Source: a virus
DNA: 64,000 nt
Strand: one strand, 5' to 3'
IMG/VR virus record: IMGVR_UViG_3300042893_001581
Location: 32,001 to 96,000 of that record
Shown: positions 48,624-56,717 of the stretch, piece after piece
How the letters are laid out: every line of letters begins with the position of its first letter
How positions within the stretch are numbered: position 1 is the first letter of the stretch
Made by a program: the position numbers and the translations under genes
The notes under the pieces: model-generated
What the model saw: only the letters and a program-made list of their open reading frames with translations
What the model was told of the DNA's origin: nothing
The model's database searches: none

Positions 48624-49502
48624 TTATTCAGCATTTTGTTTTTTAGCGTATTGCCTATTGTATCTATCGGTTGTATATCTACTATCACTTTCAGATCCAC
48701 CATTCTGCCAATTAAATACATCTTCGACAAAATCATAGAACCTCTTAGTAGTTACTGTAATTTCTTTAAGTGAATGACTATCATTAGAAATCTCTAATGT
48801 ACATTTGTACTTGTTTAATTCTTTCACTTTGAAAGCACTTACATATACATAATCCCATTTGCTTCTACCTATTTGCAATTTCATTTGGTGTTTCACATCT
48901 TCCAAAGTAACTTCACCCGTATCATAATTTCTATTGATATACTTCTTAGTGTTTAGTTCACATGAGAAGCCAACTTTTTTATATTGATTCTTTGCTTCAT
49001 TAGCAATCTCGCTCTTTGTATTACTAATCGTAACACGCAACTCTGAGCACTCTCTTTCCATTTTATTGGCTTCACGATATATCTCTAAGAATGCTGGACT
49101 CCACTCATGCTTGAACTTGCTTTCTATCTCTTGAAACTTAGCAGCTACAGCTCCGAATATCTGTACATCGGCTAGAACAAATCCGTCTTTTGCCGTAGCT
49201 CTAGAACTATACCAACTGAATTCGGCATACTTAGATCTATTTTCACTTCTATAGTCATGCATTAGAGAAATGGTGCATGAATTCCAACGCGCATGCTCTT
49301 CGAATTTCATTATCTCAATCCTGTCACTAGTAGCTACTATTTTTTGGATTAAATTAGATACGTTTTCTTGGAACCAAGATAAGATAGCGGCATTTTGTGC
49401 TTCATACGCTGGCTTGACTACATTATTTTCGTAGACTTCAACTTCTGATTCTTTTGTCTTGAGCTGTGCTTCTAGAGCCGAGAGGATAACTTGCTTATTC
49501 AT
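48624..49502 (-). CDS. Hypothetical early protein
   Basis: First gene after cassette copy 4. Confidence 0.6.
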   Translation of the reverse strand: MNKQVILSALEAQLKTKESEVEVYENNVVKPAYEAQNAAILSWFQENVSNLIQKIVATSDRIEIMKFEEHARWNSCTISLMHDYRSENRSKYAEFSWYSSRATAKDGFVLADVQIFGAVAAKFQEIESKFKHEWSPAFLEIYREANKMERECSELRVTISNTKSEIANEAKNQYKKVGFSCELNTKKYINRNYDTGEVTLEDVKHQMKLQIGRSKWDYVYVSAFKVKELNKYKCTLEISNDSHSLKEITVTTKRFYDFVEDVFNWQNGGSESDSRYTTDRYNRQYAKKQNAE

Positions 49503-49657
49503 AACCTTTATTTGTTTGATATATAGTAAAATTAAGACATTCCGTCGAAATAAAAAAATTTATTTTGATCTTTTTTAAAAATTCTCGATTGAAAATCAAT
49601 CAGTTATAAGTAGTTGATTATCAATAAGTTATAAGTGATTGAAAATCAATCAGTTAT
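49503..49657 (-). repeat. Promoter/IHF-site cassette, copy 4
   Basis: TTG at 49589, 49614 and 49639 (25-bp period); the last unit supplies the stop codon of 49650-49964. Confidence 0.9.
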
Positions 49658-49964
49658 GAGAGGTATACTTCAGGATTAGTTGGTCTATGATCTGTTTATC
49701 CGATTGATCAAATGACTTTTTATTTTGAATCTTTTTTACATAGTCAATATGCTTCTCAACTACTTCTAATTTAATCGCATAATTTAAATGCTTGACTTTA
49801 TTCTCTGTTGCAAATTTATATTCTTGAGTGAGGATCTCTTTTAGTGTTTGTACTTTTCTAATGTAGTTATTTTCAATTTCTTTTTTATTAAAATGTTCTT
49901 TAGCTTCCATCGCCTTAACTAACTTATCTCCCATTTTGCCTAAAGAATATTTCTTATAATCCAC
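49650..49964 (-). CDS. Hypothetical protein
   Basis: Coupled to the holin-like gene. Confidence 0.55.
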   Translation of the reverse strand: MDYKKYSLGKMGDKLVKAMEAKEHFNKKEIENNYIRKVQTLKEILTQEYKFATENKVKHLNYAIKLEVVEKHIDYVKKIQNKKSFDQSDKQIIDQLILKYTSHN

Positions 49965-50254
49965 TAGTCACTATTTTTAAACATATACTTAAATATTGTT
50001 TTCTGGAGTTCTCTTAATGCTTCGGTATTATCTTTAATAAGTTCTGCTAATCTATCTCTCTCTTCTGCTATTAGTCCCATCATTTCATCTTGAAGTCTAT
50101 CTACTTTTTCTTCAAGGATATCATTCTTTTTAACAAGTCTTAGATATTGCATCCAAGCAAAATAACCAAGCAAAAAAGCTAGCATCCCCAAAACCCCGTA
50201 TTGTAAAAAATACTCTTTTATGTGTTCTGATTCTGCTATCTGAAGTAGGGTCAT
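49964..50254 (-). CDS. Holin-like protein (one TM helix plus coiled coil)
   Basis: LQYGVLGMLAFLLGYFAW TM helix, BhlA-like layout; late motif at 50279-50286. Confidence 0.45.
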   Translation of the reverse strand: MTLLQIAESEHIKEYFLQYGVLGMLAFLLGYFAWMQYLRLVKKNDILEEKVDRLQDEMMGLIAEERDRLAELIKDNTEALRELQKTIFKYMFKNSD

Positions 50255-50302
50255 ACTTTGTAGTTATTTATTATAACAATAAATATTAATAACTCGATTA
50301 AA

Positions 50303-50683
50303 CTATAGAGTATCCATCAAGTATTTTAAACACTTTTTTGTGTCCCTATTAGCAATTTTTGATGCTTCAATCTCCATAGGGTTTTTATGATCGGGTAGAT
50401 ACATTGCAAGTATCTGGTAGTGTTTCATATTTTGTTTATAGTGTATATACTCGTGAATGATACTATTTGTTAAATCAGTTAAATTATCGTTAGCAATCTT
50501 ATCTATAAATATAACTGCATCAATCTCATCGTAATATGCAATACATCCCTCTGTATAATAGTCTGGTTTCTTATACTCTATTTCTGGAAATGGTCTATTA
50601 AATTTAGATTTGCCATAAGTCTTTATACACCAATCAAGTATTTGATTTACGTGTTTTTTTGTAGGCTTTATTGTAGAATCCAT
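50303..50683 (-). CDS. Zincin-like metallopeptidase
   Basis: IIHEYIHYKQ..NPMEIEA. Confidence 0.65.
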   Translation of the reverse strand: MDSTIKPTKKHVNQILDWCIKTYGKSKFNRPFPEIEYKKPDYYTEGCIAYYDEIDAVIFIDKIANDNLTDLTNSIIHEYIHYKQNMKHYQILAMYLPDHKNPMEIEASKIANRDTKKCLKYLMDTL

Positions 50684-50685
50684 AA

Positions 50686-51279
50686 CTATAAGTTTTCTTG
50701 TATAAATACTTTTTCTATTCTTTTAGGGGTTATTGAATAATCTGCTTTGAAATATCTTGGCATCTTTTCTATGATCCTCTGATTGCTATATGGACTATTG
50801 TTTGGAGTAGCCCACTTTCTTGTAGCTAGTAGTCTGTTATAGAAATAGACATAAGCATTTGCTTTCTTTATATAATTATCTATATCTACATCTAGATTAA
50901 ACTTTTTAATAATTCTTACAGACCTTTTTTCATTATCTAATTCCAGTTCTCTAGATACTGCTAAATGCTTCTTGATATTAGGAACCTCTTCACCTTGAAG
51001 CCACTCATCTACTAAAGGCATACTTACCATGCACTTCTTCCATATATCTATTTGCTCTACCCATTGAGTGAGATGCGAAAATTCATGTGCAAGAATCTCT
51101 ATCCAATCTTCTCTATTCATTGAACAAACAAGAGCTGGCGTATCTTCGTCAAAGTATCCTGAGCACTTTATATTTCCTGATAGTCTGACATGTTTTGTTT
51201 TTCTGAGGTCGCACTTGACTCCATACTTTTTACATTCAGACTTTACGTATTTGACGAACTCTTTTTCCTTCTTGTTCAT
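50686..51279 (-). CDS. Zincin-like metallopeptidase
   Basis: ILAHEFSH..ELDNE. Confidence 0.6.
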   Translation of the reverse strand: MNKKEKEFVKYVKSECKKYGVKCDLRKTKHVRLSGNIKCSGYFDEDTPALVCSMNREDWIEILAHEFSHLTQWVEQIDIWKKCMVSMPLVDEWLQGEEVPNIKKHLAVSRELELDNEKRSVRIIKKFNLDVDIDNYIKKANAYVYFYNRLLATRKWATPNNSPYSNQRIIEKMPRYFKADYSITPKRIEKVFIQENL

Positions 51280-51297
51280 ATAGATAGGTTTTAGGTC

Positions 51298-51621
51298 CTA
51301 TGATAAATATGAACCCTTTATATCCTCTATATGTTTACAGCTTCTTTTATTTCCAGAAAATTTGTATGAGTGACAGTTACACTCCCAGGTTTTTCCTTTT
51401 AGTGTCACTAGATACTTCTTACCTTTTGCACCTTCCACATCCCATTCAATGTCTCTTTCAAATGCTGGGTTTTTTCCACCTTTGTATGGCTTCTTAAACC
51501 ATAGGATCTGATCTCTTGTAGTATCTTGAGGCAAATCTCTTCTTCCATTATCATCTATTAGATATGGACCTTTCTCATCTTTCCAAAAGAATGGAACTAT
51601 AAAAGAGTGCACAATTATCAT
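51298..51621 (-). CDS. SWIM zinc-finger protein
   Basis: Y.V..WECNC..CKHI. Confidence 0.75.
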   Translation of the reverse strand: MIIVHSFIVPFFWKDEKGPYLIDDNGRRDLPQDTTRDQILWFKKPYKGGKNPAFERDIEWDVEGAKGKKYLVTLKGKTWECNCHSYKFSGNKRSCKHIEDIKGSYLS

Positions 51622-51839
51622 AGGAACTTAAATTTAACCAATTCTAGGATATTTTTAAAACTAAACTCTTCAGTCTGGGGAATTAATCTACTAAAGTCAT
51701 AGTGATCATTTAAAGAGTGCTTCCTAGCTTTCTCTTTAGTAAGATCATAAGCACTTCCAAAATTAAATTCTTTTAGCCATTCATTATACTCTAAAGAATT
51801 CTTAGGCGTAATTGTTTTCCGTATTCTTAATTTATTCAT
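51618..51839 (-). CDS. Hypothetical protein
   Basis: Start MNKLRIR at 51839. Confidence 0.5.
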   Translation of the reverse strand: MNKLRIRKTITPKNSLEYNEWLKEFNFGSAYDLTKEKARKHSLNDHYDFSRLIPQTEEFSFKNILELVKFKFL

Positions 51840-51843
51840 AGTA

Positions 51844-52206
51844 TTATTTTTTATAACCAAATGTTTTTGACATATCATATCCACGCAAATGATAATTGAC
51901 TTCAACTACTGACTCTAAAAATGCCTCTGTAATTTGGCCAGTCAATCTATCTTCAATCATGACATGTCCTGTGCCGTAACGATGATCAAGATCTATTGTA
52001 TTAAAATATTCTTCGGCCTCTTCATAAGTGTCAAAGACTTCTATTGTAGAATCTTCATCAGTATATCCGTCAATAAGTTCTGAATTATGATCTCCAAATT
52101 CGTCAATAGTTGTAATGTAAGGACTTACCATTACAAAAAACTTATTAGGAAGTTGTCCGTCACCAACGATCTCTGATGCCAATGTTTTAATTTCTTTCTG
52201 AGTCAT
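51844..52206 (-). CDS. Hypothetical protein
   Basis: AAGGTTATG start. Confidence 0.6.
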   Translation of the reverse strand: MTQKEIKTLASEIVGDGQLPNKFFVMVSPYITTIDEFGDHNSELIDGYTDEDSTIEVFDTYEEAEEYFNTIDLDHRYGTGHVMIEDRLTGQITEAFLESVVEVNYHLRGYDMSKTFGYKK

Positions 52207-52292
52207 AACCTTAATTTAAATGAATTGTTTGAATATCTTTTGGAAAATTTGGATAAGTAATAATCGGAACTGTGAGTACCATAACTTTTATT

Positions 52293-52637
52293 TTATAGAT
52301 TTTGAGAATAGAATGCAGTGTGAGCCATGTCTTCATAGTCAGGCATATCGCTATCGCTTTCTAATGCACTGCCTCCGTGCCATTTAGTCACATACTCGTT
52401 CCAAGTCATACGACCTTCATTATAAGCGGTCTCGTCCTTTTCTTGATTAATAGGCGGAGCAAAGATAAAGTTATCTTGGTCGATAACAAAGTTAACCTGG
52501 CAGTCAGGATGAACTTCTCTAAATACCTGGTGGTTAGCCTCGGCAGTTGCAAAGTCGCCATTAACTGTAATTGTATTGTCAATGACTGTCTCGTGGGTAA
52601 GGTAGTTAAAAACGAAGATCTTGATGTCCATATTCAT
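52293..52637 (-). CDS. Hypothetical early protein
   Basis: MNM start in cassette copy 5. Confidence 0.6.
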   Translation of the reverse strand: MNMDIKIFVFNYLTHETVIDNTITVNGDFATAEANHQVFREVHPDCQVNFVIDQDNFIFAPPINQEKDETAYNEGRMTWNEYVTKWHGGSALESDSDMPDYEDMAHTAFYSQNL

Positions 52638-52788
52638 TATTGATTTGTTTCATAGTAAAATTACGACAAATTTTTGACATAAAAAAATATTTTTAGTCTT
52701 TTTTTAAAAATTGTCGATTGGAAATCAATCAGTTATGCAAGCGATTGAAAATCAATAAGTTATATAGTATTGGAAATCAATAAGTTAT
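52635..52788 (-). repeat. Promoter/IHF-site cassette, copy 5
   Basis: TTG at 52718, 52745 and 52770. Confidence 0.85.
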
Positions 52789-52817
52789 ATATATAAAGAA
52801 ACTATATATATAAATGG

Positions 52818-53570
52818 TTAGTTTCTGATGTCTATAAATTCGGATCCGTCATCCTGATCTTTGTAGTCTATAAGATCTTCGTCTTTGAATAATACATCTC
52901 CTGAGTTATCTAGTCCTAAATTTTTTAGATGTTCATAATAGAAGTCATCGAGTTGATATATCTCTTGTACTTCTTCTTTTATTTCAAGACTATCAATAGG
53001 AACCGACTCTACTCTTTGTATCATTTTACTTGTAAACGGATCTCCTACATAAAGGAAGTAGCAGTTATAACATTGCCATTGTAAATTCTCAAGTCTCCAA
53101 TCACTCTTCTTTCCATTTTTAAAACTAAGTAAGAGTGGAACTTTCATGTCTGTTAATCTTTTCTCTGAGAACTTGCACGATGAACATTGGTATCCAAGTC
53201 TACCATCTTTCATTAAAGCTTCTTTGAGCTTCGCTATTCTCTTTGAATTAATAGGTTGGCTCTCTTTAAGCATTTCATCTAAGTCAACTTTCCATTTAGA
53301 ACCTGCAAGATTTTTAGGTACTCCTCTACCAGGAATATTCTTGTGTATTTCAAATAAAGTCTTTCCTGTTTCTTCATCTATATAAGACTTAGCATATTTC
53401 TTATATGTTATATCTGTAATGCCAAGCCATCTAGCAGCTTCTTTATTACTACGACTATTTGCCATAGCTTCTCTAAGTTGCTCTTCTGTTAATTGAAGCC
53501 CTTTATTCCACCAAGTATCTGGTCTGGCTTCTCTAGACATGTTTTCTTTTGTAAAAAAAGCTTTAGGCAT
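52818..53570 (-). CDS. HTH + degenerate HNH-like Zn-binding protein
   Basis: SNKEAARWLGI (HTH); CSSC..LLSFKNG..ENLQWQCYNC (HNH scaffold lacking the catalytic His). Confidence 0.6.
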   Translation of the reverse strand: MPKAFFTKENMSREARPDTWWNKGLQLTEEQLREAMANSRSNKEAARWLGITDITYKKYAKSYIDEETGKTLFEIHKNIPGRGVPKNLAGSKWKVDLDEMLKESQPINSKRIAKLKEALMKDGRLGYQCSSCKFSEKRLTDMKVPLLLSFKNGKKSDWRLENLQWQCYNCYFLYVGDPFTSKMIQRVESVPIDSLEIKEEVQEIYQLDDFYYEHLKNLGLDNSGDVLFKDEDLIDYKDQDDGSEFIDIRN

Positions 53571-53970
53571 CTAATTTAGGATTTATTTTACACATTAAAT
53601 GCCAAAGATCATAAGGTGTTTCAAGCATGAGTTCATTCTTATCATTAATTATTATTGGATTTAATGTACCATCACTATTCACTCTTTCATACAAATAGAA
53701 ACTAATTACTTCTGTACATTGTTTACCAAAATGCATATAGATAAGAGCATCTATAACTGTAAAGAACTTCTCATCATAATCTGCGAAGTCTAAATTAAGA
53801 TCTGCATACATAATGTTTTGTCTAACATTTAATTCGTCTAGATTATTCATCATGTTAAAAAATAACTCTCTCTTCTTATCTGTCTCAGTCTTCTTCTTTC
53901 TTCTTATTATAGTCTTAGTTCCAATTATAGAATCTATTCCTAATTGAATTTGTTTAAAATCATTCTCCAC
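53563..53970 (-). CDS. Hypothetical protein
   Basis: Weak resemblance to 42548-42856. Confidence 0.55.
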   Translation of the reverse strand: MENDFKQIQLGIDSIIGTKTIIRRKKKTETDKKRELFFNMMNNLDELNVRQNIMYADLNLDFADYDEKFFTVIDALIYMHFGKQCTEVISFYLYERVNSDGTLNPIIINDKNELMLETPYDLWHLMCKINPKLDA

Positions 53971-54316
53971 TGGCTTTAGTTTTAGTTATAAATTTTCTGG
54001 CCTTATTCTTATCTTGAATTGATTGAATTATATTTTTAATGTGTGTGCACATTTCATAGTTCTCTTCTTCAATATACCAAAGTAAACAGGTTTCTAAAGC
54101 CTGTATCCAATGGTTTTTATGGATCTCTAAATATTCATTAGTTTCATTTATCTCAAAGACGCAAGCATAAATCTTCTTATTAGTTATAGCGTACTCTATA
54201 GAATTAGGTACATGTATCTTTAATAAAGATTTAAGTATTTCAGACTGAGAAACGTCTGCTGCGGTAATGTGTTCCGGATTATCAAATAAAGCTCTAACAA
54301 CTCTTCTTCTTACCAT
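53960..54316 (-). CDS. Hypothetical protein with UVR-like motif
   Basis: YIEEENYEMC..IK. Confidence 0.5.
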   Translation of the reverse strand: MVRRRVVRALFDNPEHITAADVSQSEILKSLLKIHVPNSIEYAITNKKIYACVFEINETNEYLEIHKNHWIQALETCLLWYIEEENYEMCTHIKNIIQSIQDKNKARKFITKTKASGE

Positions 54317-54333
54317 AACTAATTTGTTTTATT

Positions 54334-54648
54334 TTAAGCTCCTCCTTTCATGGCTTTAATTAATAACATTGCCACAGAATTTAAAGGTACAATAAAGCCT
54401 ATTACATTTTTATATGGATTGCGATCATCGTAATCAATCATAACCCCAGAAGCTCCAAGCTTTTTCTGTAATGCTACACTAATTTCATTAGCCAACATTT
54501 GCTTGTCTCTAGGATCTTCAAGTTCTTGATCTAATACGAACTGCATTTTAACTCCAAGTTTAGTTGGATTGTCATTTACATCAAACCTAAGTTTGTACTT
54601 CTTTCCTGCTACGGTTATATCGAATAATGGATTAACTGCCTTTGCCAT
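54334..54648 (-). CDS. Hypothetical late protein
   Basis: ATATTTAT at 54660-54667. Confidence 0.55.
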   Translation of the reverse strand: MAKAVNPLFDITVAGKKYKLRFDVNDNPTKLGVKMQFVLDQELEDPRDKQMLANEISVALQKKLGASGVMIDYDDRNPYKNVIGFIVPLNSVAMLLIKAMKGGA

Positions 54649-54666
54649 TTGTTTTTTATATAAATA

Positions 54667-55950
54667 TTACTCTATAGTCAATAATGAATAGTCGAACGGT
54701 GGATTAGTTACAACAATTTGATCCTGGGCTAAATCTACCATGTTTCTGATCTCTATTTTAGCAGATCCTAATTCATATATTCCAGGTTCAGAAGCTTCTA
54801 GGATGTCACCCAAGCGCGTTATATTTTGTAAGAATTCGTCTTTAGATGGATCTACGTTTGTAAAGTTTACTTCTATTTTTATATTATAATCTGTAGGTTC
54901 TCCCACTTTATAAATTGACTTAAAATCTGTAGTTCTAAATAAATGCTTAGCCTGTTCCCAACCTTCATTAGTATATCCTAAAAGTGTATTAGCTGGTTCT
55001 TGTTCATTACTTAAGGTTCGAATCATGGCATTTACCTCTTCCTCTGATCTCAGCCACAGTCTAGAACAGTAAACTTCTAATTGCGCTAAGAACATTGGGT
55101 TTAATTGTTTATTGTCTTTTACTACAAGATCTATATCTAATTTTTTTAACTTACTTTCTCCATGATTAAAATTTCCCCACTTTTTTAAAAATCTTCTAAT
55201 CTCTATTCCGTCTGCAATCTTTTGTAGTTCTACTCTTTCTTTTGCTTCTTTATTGTTTTCGTCAAACCAATTTTTTCCTCTAGAACTTACACAAGTAAAA
55301 TGATAAACAACTGGTTTAAATGTTTGTTTTAACTTTATTCCAGATTGAACACATCTTTGTACAAAATCTGAATCCTCTCTAGATCTTCTAAATATAGTAT
55401 CATAGCCTCCGATCTTTTGCCATGTTTTTTTATAAAAAGTATATGGAGCAAAAAAGTATTCAGCTACTTTATTTTCCTTTACAGTAATAGAATATGAATT
55501 CCAATCTTCTATATTGAATTGTAAAGGATCTACGCCAAAATCTTTTATTATTACAACATTAGATGGACCATGAAGTGGTGGTTCTACTCTAGTTGAACTT
55601 ATTATACAATCATCTTCTATTTCAGATAGTATGTCTATATCATAATTTGGTGATATAACCATATCACTTTGAAGATAACTAACTATATTATGTTTAGCTA
55701 TATCAACAAGAAGATTGGAGTTCCTTTGATATCCTACTGGCCCTTTAAGTTTATGTGTTACTATTTTTAAATCGTAAAAATCTTTTTTAATACTTTTAAG
55801 ATATTGATATGTTCCATCATTATCTTTATCTATAAAAACTATAATCTCATGTTCTTTACCAACTAAATTAATTTTTAAAGATTCTAATAGTAATTTAGTA
55901 TATTCTAAAGTGTTAGCTCCTGTGTTTGTTATAAAACTTATTGGTTCCAT
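54667..55950 (-). CDS. Glycosyltransferase family 2
   Basis: ISFI..HEIIVFID..DGT; QSDM; GGYD..REDSD; VYHF. Confidence 0.8.
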   Translation of the reverse strand: MEPISFITNTGANTLEYTKLLLESLKINLVGKEHEIIVFIDKDNDGTYQYLKSIKKDFYDLKIVTHKLKGPVGYQRNSNLLVDIAKHNIVSYLQSDMVISPNYDIDILSEIEDDCIISSTRVEPPLHGPSNVVIIKDFGVDPLQFNIEDWNSYSITVKENKVAEYFFAPYTFYKKTWQKIGGYDTIFRRSREDSDFVQRCVQSGIKLKQTFKPVVYHFTCVSSRGKNWFDENNKEAKERVELQKIADGIEIRRFLKKWGNFNHGESKLKKLDIDLVVKDNKQLNPMFLAQLEVYCSRLWLRSEEEVNAMIRTLSNEQEPANTLLGYTNEGWEQAKHLFRTTDFKSIYKVGEPTDYNIKIEVNFTNVDPSKDEFLQNITRLGDILEASEPGIYELGSAKIEIRNMVDLAQDQIVVTNPPFDYSLLTIE

Positions 55951-56717
55951 TTTAATTTATTATACGTGTTTATTATTCCTTGTTGAAGTCCTACAAATGG
56001 TAATTTTAAATCTTTATTAAAACTAGTATACCCTTCAATTGGAAATTCCGATCCATTTATTTTTATGTCTACTTTATAATCATTTAAGGTATTTATAAAA
56101 TCGGCTATATTTTTTAAGGTTAAATTTTCTTTATAAACGCAATTTATATATTTTGGAGGACTTTCATTTTCTATGCAATAATTTACTACTTGTATTAAGT
56201 CTTGCATATAAAAAAAATCCATATAGTTATTATCATCTATTTGCATTGGTTCTTTATTTATATACCTTTTTAAATTAGACTTAATAAATCTTCTATCTAA
56301 TTCAAATTCATCAAATAATCCATATATTATTAAGTTATAAAAATTATCTTGGCCAGATATTGATGAGCTTATTAATTTTTTACTTAAACCATATGGAGTC
56401 CACCATCTATGAAATTCAGCTCCTGATCCAAAATGTATTAATTTATTAAAACATTTTTTATTGTATAATAAATTATAGTACATCATTAGATTAGAGTCTA
56501 TAACTTGAGAGTTTTCTGGTTTTAATCTGTTACCTCCAGATACTGCACAGTGTATAACTACATCAAACCATTTATTTTTAAAATATAAATTAACACTATT
56601 TTGATCTGTTAAATCACAATTTTCTCTAGTTATAGTAGAAACTTCATGTAAATCTTTTAAAGATCTATATAAAGAATTTCCTATATATCCATTAGCTCCT
56701 GTTATTAATATTTTCAT
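55938..56717 (-). CDS. NAD-dependent epimerase/dehydratase (possible YerF-like reductase)
   Basis: ITGANGYIG, FGSGAE, YGLSK. Confidence 0.8.
   Translation of the reverse strand: MKILITGANGYIGNSLYRSLKDLHEVSTITRENCDLTDQNSVNLYFKNKWFDVVIHCAVSGGNRLKPENSQVIDSNLMMYYNLLYNKKCFNKLIHFGSGAEFHRWWTPYGLSKKLISSSISGQDNFYNLIIYGLFDEFELDRRFIKSNLKRYINKEPMQIDDNNYMDFFYMQDLIQVVNYCIENESPPKYINCVYKENLTLKNIADFINTLNDYKVDIKINGSEFPIEGYTSFNKDLKLPFVGLQQGIINTYNKLKWNQ

Noticed and set aside
36980-52788. Repeated 25-bp units as a CRISPR array
   Set aside because: Units abut with no unique spacers, there are only three per locus, they are degenerate, and no cas operon is present.
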